The notes: generated from the letters alone by a model not told the origin. A stretch of DNA of 64,000 nucleotides from an uncultured Gammaproteobacteria bacterium (GCA_964609895.1 CAZSTG010000001.1:141897-205896); one strand, 5' to 3'. Positions 39,485-49,083 are shown, counted from the first letter of the stretch. Program-made: numbers and translations.

Positions 39485-40844
39485 GCAATGCTTCACGTTC
39501 GTTGGCAAGGGTTCCCTGCTCAACAGCCGCAAATAATTTTGCAAGCGTTTCTCCGACAATCGGTCCGGGTTTTATTTCCATCGCCTGCATGACGTCATTG
39601 CCGTTAATGTGTAGGTCTTTTATAGAAAAAGGTTGTTGCTGAACTTCTTCAAGCCGTTTTTTGAAGAGTTCCAATCTCCATGAAGTTTCCTGAGCGCCGC
39701 CGCCCAGACGGTCGCCGATGCGGAGCGCAAGCATATCGGCTAAATTTTCTTTTCCTACTCTTCGGATGATGCGTCTGATCGCACTGTCGGTCTGCCGTTC
39801 ATCAACACTGAACTGGTGCCAGCGTATGAGGGTGCGAATTCTGTCGCTGTCTTTTTTCGAAAAACGCAATCGTTCAACGATATGTTTGACGATTCGGTCG
39901 CCTGCGACTTCATGGTTGTAAAAGGTGATGAGTCCTGTTTCGTCTTTATGAAAAGTTTTCGGTTTTCCGATGTCATGCAGAAGAGTGGCAAATTTAACAA
40001 TGGGATCTGTGGAAGGACAGTTTTCCATCGCTTTGGTTGAATGAATACCGACATCGTACAAATGGTGACGGCGCGGACTTTTCTGTTCTGTGCTGAATGT
40101 AGGGATAAATTCTGGCAAAATATATTGCATGAGCCCCGTATTTTTAAGTAAAAGGATGCCGTCGTAGGCAAACGGTGCGACCAGAATTTTTAGAAGTTCA
40201 TCACGTACGCGTTCCTTGGAAATTTCTTCAAGAAGTGAAGCTTTCATCTGTATTGCTTTGGTTGTTTGCTCCTCAATCTGAAATCCGAGCTGACTTGCGA
40301 TGCGGATAGCTCGCATCATGCGGAGTGCATCTTCATCAAATCTGTCCTCAGGAACGCCCACTGTTCTGATGATTTTTTTCTGTATGTCTTCCTCCCCGTG
40401 ATACGGGTCTGTCAGTGTCTCGCCGTCCCATGCAATGGCGTTGATGGTTGCATCGCGTCTGGAGAGATCTTCCGCAAGTGTTTTTCCCCAAAGTACAACA
40501 TCCGGATGTCTGTGATCTTTATATCCTTTTTCACTTCTATACGTTGTGATTTCATAAATATCTTCAGGCTTGTCTGTTTCATTGTGCTGCGTCCCGCGAA
40601 GCTTTGATGAAGTGGGATATATTTTTATTCCAACTGTGCCGAATTGGTTGTCATAGAAACTGTCGGGAAAAACACGCAATATTTGTTCAGGGGTGGCATC
40701 GGTGGTAAAGTCCCATCCGTGTGTTTCTTTCCCCATAAGAATGTCCCTGACTGATCCGCCGACAGCATAGCATTCATACCCTGCTTGCTGCATGGCATCA
40801 ATGATTTTTTTTGGTTTTTCCGGCATCACGAATTTTCCGTTCAT
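39435..40844 (-). CDS. cca: tRNA nucleotidyltransferase (class II, CCA-adding family) with HD domain
   Basis: VGGSVRD, EDLSRRDATINAIA, EDALRMMRA.R, LLHDIGK. Its 3' end overlaps secF by ~50 nt. Confidence 0.9.
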   Translation of the reverse strand: MNGKFVMPEKPKKIIDAMQQAGYECYAVGGSVRDILMGKETHGWDFTTDATPEQILRVFPDSFYDNQFGTVGIKIYPTSSKLRGTQHNETDKPEDIYEITTYRSEKGYKDHRHPDVVLWGKTLAEDLSRRDATINAIAWDGETLTDPYHGEEDIQKKIIRTVGVPEDRFDEDALRMMRAIRIASQLGFQIEEQTTKAIQMKASLLEEISKERVRDELLKILVAPFAYDGILLLKNTGLMQYILPEFIPTFSTEQKSPRRHHLYDVGIHSTKAMENCPSTDPIVKFATLLHDIGKPKTFHKDETGLITFYNHEVAGDRIVKHIVERLRFSKKDSDRIRTLIRWHQFSVDERQTDSAIRRIIRRVGKENLADMLALRIGDRLGGGAQETSWRLELFKKRLEEVQQQPFSIKDLHINGNDVMQAMEIKPGPIVGETLAKLFAAVEQGTLANEREALLTAISSFSSAPEHPIK

Positions 40845-40880
40845 ACACATTTCCTTCAGTCTTATGATACCATAGAGACC

Positions 40881-42545
40881 ATGAAAAACTGGAATATAAA
40901 ATATATGGGTACGGATGAAATAGAGAACACGGATGATGTGGTACGTTTACTTCTTCAGAATCGGGGAATGACGGACACTCGTTCACAAAAGGCGTTTCTT
41001 CACCCGAAAGATCCGCTAAAACTGACCGCAACAGATGTCTTGATAGATGAGTCTTCACTAAAAAACGCATTACAGCGGATACGGAGCGCCATCGCAAACA
41101 AGGAATCAGTGGTTGTGTACGCGGATTATGATGCTGATGGTATCACTGCAGGGTCAATCATGTGGGAAGCGCTGCACAAACTGGGCGCGCAAATCATGCC
41201 GTATGTGCCGCACCGGATAGAGGAGGGATACGGACTGTCCGAGAAAGGGATTGATACCTGTATCCGTGAATATCATCCGAAACTGATCATCACGGTGGAT
41301 CACGGCATCACCGCAAAACAGCAGGTGGCATACGCGAAAAAACTCGGCGTGGAAGTGATTGTCACGGATCATCATTTGCCGCCGGATGAGATACCCGACT
41401 GCACTATCGTGCATACGACGGAACTGTGTGGTGCGGGCGTATCATGGTTTATCGCAAAGACATTGCTTTTGGAACAGGACATGCAGGAGGAGGCAAATGA
41501 TCTTCTTGCACTTGCCGCCATCGGCACGATTGCCGACATGGTACCTTTAATCAGTGCAAACAGAAGCATCGCAAAATTCGGTCTGCAGGAAATTATGAAA
41601 ACAAAACGCATTGGGATAAAGGCACTGATGCACGAGGCGGCACTGGATGAAAAAATCATAGCAACATCCGACATTTCCCACATGATAGCACCGAGACTGA
41701 ACGCCATGGGAAGGCTTGATCATGCCATCGATGCACTCAGACTTTTGTGTACGAAAAATCCGGAACGGGCAAGTATGCTGGCATCGAAGCTTGGGGAAAC
41801 AAACAAAGAGCGGCAGCAGCTAACTGTCGACTCGACACTGCACGCGCTGACGGGACTTTCCAAAATTGAAAATATTAAAGAAAACAAAATACTCGTAGTG
41901 TCCGATCCCTCATATAATCCTGGGATTATCGGGCTTGTCGCAGGGAAGTTGGTGGAGGAATATTATCGTCCATCCATCGTCATTGCGGAAGGGGAATTTT
42001 TTTCCAAGGCATCCGCGCGTTCCATCGCGGGATTTAATATTGTTGAATTTATCAGGAAAGCAGGGGATTTATTGGTTGATGTCGGCGGGCATCCGATGGC
42101 CGCAGGTTTTACCGTTGAGACAAAAAATATTTCCGCACTCAAGGAATTTTTTGCAACGCATATCGACGGACTCTTGGATGCATCATTGTTTGTCAGGTCA
42201 CTGCCCGTTGACATGGAGCTTCCATATTTCTTGGTGACCCGATCTTTGGTGGATGCGCTGAAGGATTTTTCTCCGTATGGACTTGCAAACTATGAACCGG
42301 TGTTCGTGACGCGCGGACTCATCATTGAACAGCAACGAAAAATTGGAGCCAAACAAAATCATCTGAAACTGAAACTGAAAAATCAGGAAAAGAAGATTGT
42401 CGATGCAGTCGCATTCGGACTGGGCGGAATGGCCGATACACTTCCGGTCGGTGCACGTGTGGATGTTGCCTATACGATCGATGAAAATACATGGAACGGG
42501 ACAACAACCATGCAGATGAAGATACGGGATATTCAGCCACAATAA
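40881..42545 (+). CDS. recJ: Single-stranded DNA exonuclease RecJ
   Basis: DYDADG, TVDHG, TDHH, APRLNAMGR, GGHPMAAG. Confidence 0.97.
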   Translation: MKNWNIKYMGTDEIENTDDVVRLLLQNRGMTDTRSQKAFLHPKDPLKLTATDVLIDESSLKNALQRIRSAIANKESVVVYADYDADGITAGSIMWEALHKLGAQIMPYVPHRIEEGYGLSEKGIDTCIREYHPKLIITVDHGITAKQQVAYAKKLGVEVIVTDHHLPPDEIPDCTIVHTTELCGAGVSWFIAKTLLLEQDMQEEANDLLALAAIGTIADMVPLISANRSIAKFGLQEIMKTKRIGIKALMHEAALDEKIIATSDISHMIAPRLNAMGRLDHAIDALRLLCTKNPERASMLASKLGETNKERQQLTVDSTLHALTGLSKIENIKENKILVVSDPSYNPGIIGLVAGKLVEEYYRPSIVIAEGEFFSKASARSIAGFNIVEFIRKAGDLLVDVGGHPMAAGFTVETKNISALKEFFATHIDGLLDASLFVRSLPVDMELPYFLVTRSLVDALKDFSPYGLANYEPVFVTRGLIIEQQRKIGAKQNHLKLKLKNQEKKIVDAVAFGLGGMADTLPVGARVDVAYTIDENTWNGTTTMQMKIRDIQPQ

Positions 42546-42604
42546 ACCCCGCATGTTTCCGGCCGCTTTTGACCGTCACAGACGGGGTATTGTTTTTTTC
42601 TATT

Positions 42605-42667
42605 TTCACAAAACACCGTAATTTCCGCGGTCAACAATTGACCGCATAAAAAATGGTGTTTTGTGAA
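42605..42667. terminator. Long hairpin between convergent recJ and orphan ORF
   Basis: TTCACAAAACACCGT/ATGGTGTTTTGTGAA (15 bp, one G-U on + strand) enclosing GCGGTCAA-CAA-TTGACCGC. Confidence 0.5.
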
Positions 42668-42763
42668 GTTGAGTGAAATATATAAAGATATCCGTTTTGG
42701 AAATCCTCAGCGTATATGCTGATAAATACTGAGGATTTCCATGAGGATTCACTCCGGAAGAAT

Positions 42764-43000
42764 TTATGATACTGCCGCCCTATCAGTTGCTTCTCCAAGA
42801 CCTGAGCCTCTGCGTTGTTTCGGCATCTGTCCTTTCTTTGTTTTAGGTTTAGAGAAGTTTTTTGGCATATGTGCTGAACAGCGAGGTTTGCCATTGACGT
42901 TATATTGTGCCGGCAAACCGCACGGTTGTGTCGTTGAACTACGATCAACCAGTTCTTCCTTGGTGCAGGTGCTTCCTGGTGTTGCGATAGTTATGTTCAT
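42764..43000 (-). CDS. Orphan 78-aa protein with C/C/C/H pattern and basic tail
   Basis: TAGGAG SD 8 nt before ATG; C..C..CSAH; upstream promoter and structured leader. Confidence 0.5.
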   Translation of the reverse strand: MNITIATPGSTCTKEELVDRSSTTQPCGLPAQYNVNGKPRCSAHMPKNFSKPKTKKGQMPKQRRGSGLGEATDRAAVS

Positions 43001-43092
43001 TATCAATTCTCCTAAAATGAATATATTTCACTCGGTATGTTGAGTGGAAAAAAGAAGTGAAATAATTCACTGCTCATTCCCAATCAATATGT

Positions 43093-43273
43093 TGTTAAAG
43101 AACAATAAAAAACCTCCCGCTTATTGGGAGGTTCATTGTGTGTTTTTTTTGTGTTTCGTTACTTCAACACACAAATCCTCCCGCCTTGTGGACGAGAATA
43201 ATCTGTGTCACTCGAAGTATATTCTGTTTCATACAATAACGGATATTATGCAAGATGAGATAATCCTTGTCAA
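43093..43273 (-). promoter_or_regulatory. Promoter, attenuator-like leader and boxA-like site
   Basis: TTGACA-N17-CATAAT (43273-43245); hairpin 43209-43169; terminator AACCTCCC-AATAAGC-GGGAGGTT-TTTT (43133-43107); TGTTCTTTAACA (43104-43093). Confidence 0.55.
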
Positions 43274-43302
43274 GCTATTGACGAAGCTTTAAAATGAGTT
43301 CT

Positions 43303-44667
43303 ATGAGAACTCTCATTGCCGAAACTACGGGAAAAACAGGGGAAACAGTTACTATACAAGGATGGATTAACGCGCGTCGTGACCACGGGAAAATCATGTT
43401 TTTGGACGTTCGGGACAGAACAGGTGTTGTGCAGGTTGTTTCCATGAAAACGCTTGGCGACGTGAAACCGGAGGATTGTGTGGAGATTACAGGACTGGTG
43501 AAGAGTCGTCCTGAATCCATGGTGAATCCGAAACTGGTGACGGGAACAATCGAGATGGAAGCACAGATGGTAACGATACTTTCTGCAGCTACTGAACTCC
43601 CATTCCCACTCGATACGGATGGAAAAGAAATCAACGAGGAAATCCGGCTCAAATACCGCTATCTCGATCTTCGAAGGGAACGGATGCAGAAGAACATAAA
43701 ACTCAGATCAAAAGTGGTGAATATGATGCGTGAGTATCTGTTTGCCAAAGACTTCACAGAGATAGAAACGCCGATGCTTACCAAATCAACGCCTGAAGGC
43801 TCACGGGATTTTCTCGTGCCGTCGCGGTTGCAGCAGGGCGAATTTTATGCGCTTCCGCAGTCGCCGCAGCAATATAAACAGCTTTTGATGGTTGCGGGAT
43901 TTGAACGGTATTTTCAAATAGCTCGGTGCATGCGTGATGAGGATTTGCGCGCTGACCGCGGATTTGAACACACGCAGCTTGATATCGAAATGAGTTTTGT
44001 GAAACGCGAAGATGTCATGAAACTCATCGAACAGATGGTGACGGAAATTGTCGAAAAGCTCGGCGGAGTCATTCAAAAAAAACCGTTTCCGGTGTTTACT
44101 TACAAGCAGGCGATGGAACAGTTTGGCGCCGATAAATTTGATCTTCGGTCGGATGAGGAAAAGAAACAGGGTGTGAATGCATTTGCGTGGGTTGTTGATT
44201 TTCCATTCTTTGAAAAAGACAAAGACGGGAAATGGACGTATACACATAATCCGTTTTCCGGCATGCCCGAAGAGCAAAAAGAGGCGTTCATGAATGGTGA
44301 GATTGAAGGGATTTCGACACTCCAATATGATCTTGTGTGGAATGGATATGAAGCGGGCGGTGGAAGCATCAGAAGTAATGATCCGGCAGTACTTTCAAAA
44401 GTGTTTGAAGTGCTTGGGCATTCCAAAGAAGAGGTGCAGGAAAAATTTGGACATATGCTGACTGCATTCGGATATGGCGCACCGCCGCACGGCGGTATTG
44501 CTCTTGGCATTGACCGGTTTTTAATGGGACTTACAGGTGAAACATCCATCAAGGAAGTGCAGGCATTCCCGCAGACATCAAGCGGTCAGACGAGTGTGAT
44601 GGATGCACCGAGCAAGGTTGCAGAAGAACAGCTGAAAGAACTGGGACTTTCCCTCAAAAAGAAATAG
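43303..44667 (+). CDS. aspS: Aspartate--tRNA ligase, bacterial type lacking the GAD insertion (probably non-discriminating)
   Basis: RRDHG, RLKYRYLDLRR, LPQSPQ.YKQ.LM, RDEDLRADR, GAPPHGGIA.G.DR; only ~454 aa. Confidence 0.95.
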   Translation: MRTLIAETTGKTGETVTIQGWINARRDHGKIMFLDVRDRTGVVQVVSMKTLGDVKPEDCVEITGLVKSRPESMVNPKLVTGTIEMEAQMVTILSAATELPFPLDTDGKEINEEIRLKYRYLDLRRERMQKNIKLRSKVVNMMREYLFAKDFTEIETPMLTKSTPEGSRDFLVPSRLQQGEFYALPQSPQQYKQLLMVAGFERYFQIARCMRDEDLRADRGFEHTQLDIEMSFVKREDVMKLIEQMVTEIVEKLGGVIQKKPFPVFTYKQAMEQFGADKFDLRSDEEKKQGVNAFAWVVDFPFFEKDKDGKWTYTHNPFSGMPEEQKEAFMNGEIEGISTLQYDLVWNGYEAGGGSIRSNDPAVLSKVFEVLGHSKEEVQEKFGHMLTAFGYGAPPHGGIALGIDRFLMGLTGETSIKEVQAFPQTSSGQTSVMDAPSKVAEEQLKELGLSLKKK

Positions 44668-44689
44668 AAAATATTGTGTTATCCCTGCC

Positions 44690-45661
44690 ATGCAAAAAAT
44701 TCATACGATTGTCAAAAAAATTCCTGACGTTTTGAAAAGCCGTTGGGACAAATGGCTTATCCTTGCGGGGCTTGTCGGTTTCTTTGTTTTTTATCCCGGA
44801 CAAAACAGATATATGATTGGACAGTTTTCCGAAGTACAGAACACTCAATCGCAGACAGGTGCCATTCCGACACCTCCTCCGTATCCCGTCAACAAAACGG
44901 GGATAACGCCAAACGGCGAAATCTCGGCCAAATCCGTGGTCGTGCAGGATCTGACGTCGGGTGTGTATGTGTACAAGCGAAACAGTATGGAACGGCTTGC
45001 TCCCGCATCGACGACAAAAATTCTGACCGCACTTGTGGTGCTTGATGCGATGACGCCTGATGAAGTGCTCACCGTACCCCAGAATGTGATGCGTGACGGG
45101 CAGCAGATGGGACTAGTCGCGGGTGAAAAAATCACAGTGGAAAATCTTTTGTACGGACTGCTTATCTATTCGGGCAATGACGCGGGATATGCGCTCGCGC
45201 AAAGTTATGCGGGCGGCTATGATGCATTCATTCAGGCAATGAACAAAAAAGCTGAAGATTTGCATCTGACGGGCAGTCACTTCACCAATCCTGTCGGGTT
45301 CGATGACCCTAATCATTACATGACCGCGGAAGATTTAGCTCGTCTTGCTGATGTTGCCCTGTTAAATAAGACCATTGCAAAAATGGTCGGCATTCCGCAG
45401 ATCACTGTTTCCGATGTGACACACACCTATTTTCACAAACTCAGTAACGTCAATCAGCTGCTCGGGAAAATTCCGGGTGTTGCGGGTATTAAAACAGGAT
45501 GGACGGAAGAGGCGGGGGAAAACCTTGTGACACTCATGGAACGGGACGGCCGAAGAGTGATCATTGTAGTTTTGAAAAGCAAAGACCGGTTCGCCGATAC
45601 GATCGCCCTCATCAATTGGACATTTGCCAATATCGAATGGCAAACGTATAGTGCAGAGTAG
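44690..45661 (+). CDS. D-alanyl-D-alanine carboxypeptidase (peptidase S11)
   Basis: N-terminal TM; STTK, SGN and KTG motifs. Confidence 0.92.
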   Translation: MQKIHTIVKKIPDVLKSRWDKWLILAGLVGFFVFYPGQNRYMIGQFSEVQNTQSQTGAIPTPPPYPVNKTGITPNGEISAKSVVVQDLTSGVYVYKRNSMERLAPASTTKILTALVVLDAMTPDEVLTVPQNVMRDGQQMGLVAGEKITVENLLYGLLIYSGNDAGYALAQSYAGGYDAFIQAMNKKAEDLHLTGSHFTNPVGFDDPNHYMTAEDLARLADVALLNKTIAKMVGIPQITVSDVTHTYFHKLSNVNQLLGKIPGVAGIKTGWTEEAGENLVTLMERDGRRVIIVVLKSKDRFADTIALINWTFANIEWQTYSAE

Positions 45662-45666
45662 GGAGT

Positions 45667-46728
45667 TTATTTGTTTTCAATCCATGCGGCTTCCACAGCA
45701 GGAACATACGCGAGAAAATCATCGTCACCTTCAAACACAAATACCGGTTGGAGATATGTCTGGGGTTCGATGGAGTCGTAATAGGCAAGATGCACTTTTC
45801 GTATGACGGCTGTTGTTCCGGATTTTGGATATCGTGCAATATAACCCTGTCCGTTTTGCAGTTCTGTCCACGCAAGACTGCTCTCCTTTAAACCGTAGGT
45901 CGCCGTTGTCTGATAATCAATCGGCCAGAATGTGTAGGCAAACTGCAGAACTCGTTTTTTTATATTTTTCGATCCGGAGAAGACAAAAGAAATAGCTCCT
46001 TCATCCGGATATGGGGTAACTATGGCGGTTCCTGCAACCGGTGCCCTGAAAAAGTCGATACGGATACTGTCTGCTTGGGAAAGGCTAGTTGTCTGTACAA
46101 GCGTATCTCCCGAAAGCTTTAAAAACTGTACTGTGCTTGTTCCCTTTTCAATGTCGTCTTCGTATATTCCGTATGTCTGAAGCATATTTTTTGCTTCCAG
46201 TTTTGCTGCGTCTGCAAGCGGAATATTTCGTTCGGCAAACACTGCCATGTCCTGCTCATACAAATACCGCAGGATAAAGTTTTTTGAGACGATATCGTAT
46301 CGAAGTTTTCTGAGCGGCGCATCGGTATCTTCAAACCGGTAAATATATTTTGTTTCCTGAATCGGTTCACCGGTAAATTCGAGACGTTTGGCAAATTCCG
46401 TTGCTTTGGTAAGCGCCAAGAGATTAGATGCCAGTTTCGGCATGAAAAATACGGTTGCCGATTCCGACGCCTTCGGGACTGTTCCTTCAATGGTTTCCAA
46501 CCTGAATGTCAGTGATGCAGAAGGGGAAGCGGTTGCGGCGGGAAACTGCACTGCCGGCAATTTGCCAAATGCGTGATTGGGTGGCGGGGCTTGCGGCGGA
46601 AAAATGGTGAGCCAGATGGAAACAAAAACGCTCCATAAAAGTCGAAGAATGATATAGGCGACGACAGCAAGAATGGCCCAATTGATGGCCTTTCTCGTCT
46701 GATACGCAGTTTCCGTTAGTGTCGCCAT
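45667..46728 (-). CDS. Hypothetical membrane-anchored protein
   Basis: Start MATLTETAY after TATACT; TM helix; FGKLP; C-terminal YLQPVFVF...AYVPAV. Confidence 0.75.
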   Translation of the reverse strand: MATLTETAYQTRKAINWAILAVVAYIILRLLWSVFVSIWLTIFPPQAPPPNHAFGKLPAVQFPAATASPSASLTFRLETIEGTVPKASESATVFFMPKLASNLLALTKATEFAKRLEFTGEPIQETKYIYRFEDTDAPLRKLRYDIVSKNFILRYLYEQDMAVFAERNIPLADAAKLEAKNMLQTYGIYEDDIEKGTSTVQFLKLSGDTLVQTTSLSQADSIRIDFFRAPVAGTAIVTPYPDEGAISFVFSGSKNIKKRVLQFAYTFWPIDYQTTATYGLKESSLAWTELQNGQGYIARYPKSGTTAVIRKVHLAYYDSIEPQTYLQPVFVFEGDDDFLAYVPAVEAAWIENK

Positions 46729-46775
46729 ACGTATAAGTATACAGCATATTTGTGTGGTACAATGCATAGGTAAAT

Positions 46776-48173
46776 ATGACGACAGTTCGTACCCGAATTG
46801 CACCATCTCCTACAGGTCAAGACTTACATATCGGCAACGCGTATACCGCGCTTATCAACTATGTGATGGCCAAAAAATACAAAGGCCAGTTCATCATCCG
46901 CATTGAAGATACAGATCAGACGCGTCTCATTGAGGGGTCGGAAGCACGAATTCTCAAATCGTTGGAATGGCTCGGAATACCGCATGATGAAGGACCGGAT
47001 ATCGGCGGCCAATACGCTCCATATCGGCAATCAGACAGACTTCCTTTGTATAAACAGTATGCGGAAGAGCTTGTGGAAAAGGGACATGCATATTACTGTT
47101 TCTGTGATGCTCATCGCCTTGAGGAAATGCGCACAGAACAGGAAGCAAATCATCAGCCGCCCATGTATGATGGCCTTTGCAAGAAAATCCCGCTTAATGA
47201 GGCGAAGGCGCGTGTCGCGAAGGGCGAAAAATATGTTATCCGTCTGAATGTACCCGACGAAGGAACGACGACATTTCATGATTTAATTCGTGGCGATATA
47301 GCATTTGAAAATAAACTGATTGATGATCAGGTGCTTCTGAAATCCGACGGATTTCCGACGTATCATTTAGGCGTTGTAGTGGATGATCACATTATGGAGA
47401 TTACGCACATCATCCGCGGTGAGGAATGGATTTCCTCCACACCGAAACACATTTTGCTGTATCAGTTTTTCGGATGGGAATGTCCAAAAATTGCGCATGT
47501 ATCTGTGCTTCGGAATCCCGATAAGAGCAAACTGTCGAAACGGAAAAATCCAGTGTGGGTTTCCGATTATCGCGCTAAGGGTTATCTGCCTGAGGCGCTG
47601 AAAAACTACATGGGTACGATGGCATGGACATTTCCGGGTAAGGAGCTGTTCACAGTGGATGAGATGATCGAAAAATTTGACATGAACGATGTGCAGACGA
47701 CCGCGCCTGTGTTTGATCAGGAAAAACTCCGGTGGATGAACGGGGAATATATACGGAAGATGGATGAAGGGGAGCTGATCCAAAAAATAAAGGACTTCGA
47801 CGCGACGGTGCCAAAAGACAGCGACGCACTCATGAAAAAGATTCTTCCACTCGTCAAGGAGCGCATGAAAACTATCGGTGAATTTGAGACGCTCGCGGAT
47901 TTTTATTTTGTGAGACCCGTCAAATTTGAACGGCCGGTGGATAAAAAACTACTTGCGACATCCATAGAGGTGTTGACGAAACAATCAGACTGGACGCATG
48001 ATGCGATGGAGAAAGCTATTCGTGATGCCGCTGAAAAAGCTGAGTTGAAAGCACGTGATGTGTTTATGGAACTGCGGCTTGCCGTCACGGGAAAAACAGT
48101 AGGTCCTCCGCTTTTGGAGTCTCTTGTTGTGCTCGGCAAAGAGGAAACGCTAAATCGTCTTCAATCAATTTAG
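46776..48173 (+). CDS. gltX: Glutamate--tRNA ligase
   Basis: RIAPSPTG, HIGN, RIEDTD, IRGEEW, KLSKR. Confidence 0.98.
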   Translation: MTTVRTRIAPSPTGQDLHIGNAYTALINYVMAKKYKGQFIIRIEDTDQTRLIEGSEARILKSLEWLGIPHDEGPDIGGQYAPYRQSDRLPLYKQYAEELVEKGHAYYCFCDAHRLEEMRTEQEANHQPPMYDGLCKKIPLNEAKARVAKGEKYVIRLNVPDEGTTTFHDLIRGDIAFENKLIDDQVLLKSDGFPTYHLGVVVDDHIMEITHIIRGEEWISSTPKHILLYQFFGWECPKIAHVSVLRNPDKSKLSKRKNPVWVSDYRAKGYLPEALKNYMGTMAWTFPGKELFTVDEMIEKFDMNDVQTTAPVFDQEKLRWMNGEYIRKMDEGELIQKIKDFDATVPKDSDALMKKILPLVKERMKTIGEFETLADFYFVRPVKFERPVDKKLLATSIEVLTKQSDWTHDAMEKAIRDAAEKAELKARDVFMELRLAVTGKTVGPPLLESLVVLGKEETLNRLQSI

Positions 48174-48204
48174 CATTTGGCATTGGCCATTTAGCATTGA
48201 TTTT

Positions 48205-49083
48205 TTATTCCAAATAGTCTACCCAGTGTGAATCGACTTCAACGGTGAGATCAAGGTACACTTTTTTGTTGGTCGCTGTCTCAAGTTCTTTTCTGGAAGC
48301 CATGGAAATTTCCTTGATCATGTAGCCTGCTTTTCCCACAATCATACCTTTATATCTATCCTGATTGGTGAGAATCCGTGCTTTGATGTACAGTGTACCG
48401 TCCGGTCGTTCAATGGTGTCATCAATGACGACTGTCAGTGAATACGGCACCTCTTTCCGGAGGAAAAGATATGCCTTTTCTCGGATGATTTCAGAAAGGA
48501 ACATACGGCTGTCAAGATTGAGTCCAGGTTGTGTCAGCGTGGATGTGTCGACGATATCGTCTCCCTCGTGTAAATGTTTGAAAATTGCATCGAGAAGATT
48601 TGGAATATTCTTTCCCTCAAGTGCGGACAGTTCAACGACGTCATCAAATTCGTCCTCGAGGAATTTGTACTGCACGATATGAGTCGGATGTTTGACGTCT
48701 ATCTTGTTGATGGCAAGAATTTTCGCACCTTTTGATTTGCGGACGATACCGAGTGCCTTGTTCTCCTCAAAATCCCGTTCTCTGGTGTGGTCAATCAGAT
48801 ACACAACCACATCAACATCGCTGCCAAGTGCCTCTTCCGCTTTACTGTTGATACGTTTGGAAAGCCGGTCAGGCGTTTTGCCGAAAACTCCGGGTGTGTC
48901 AACGAATATGATTTGTCCCCGCTTATCTTCATAGACCGCCTGCAAAGGAAACCGCGTTGTCTGCGGTTTAGGTGAGGTAATTGAGACCTTTTGTCTTAAG
49001 ATCATGTTGAGAAGGGTTGATTTGCCGGCGTTTGGACGACCAACGATACAGACGACTCCAACCTTCTTTTTTGGTTCTTCCAT
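48205..49083 (-). CDS. era: GTPase Era
   Basis: GRPNAGKST, PQTTR, DTPG, NKID, C-terminal KH domain. Confidence 0.96.
   Translation of the reverse strand: MEEPKKKVGVVCIVGRPNAGKSTLLNMILRQKVSITSPKPQTTRFPLQAVYEDKRGQIIFVDTPGVFGKTPDRLSKRINSKAEEALGSDVDVVVYLIDHTRERDFEENKALGIVRKSKGAKILAINKIDVKHPTHIVQYKFLEDEFDDVVELSALEGKNIPNLLDAIFKHLHEGDDIVDTSTLTQPGLNLDSRMFLSEIIREKAYLFLRKEVPYSLTVVIDDTIERPDGTLYIKARILTNQDRYKGMIVGKAGYMIKEISMASRKELETATNKKVYLDLTVEVDSHWVDYLE

Noticed and set aside
42631-43292. Other ORFs in the recJ-aspS gap (42631-42948, 42741-43043, 43044-43292)
   Set aside because: They have no SD or promoter support and overlap the structured elements; only 42764-43000 has a plausible SD.
48170-48200. 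Short TAGCATT/GGCATT iterations between gltX and era
   Set aside because: Only a few degenerate 6-7-mers in 30 nt; too short to support a repeat element.
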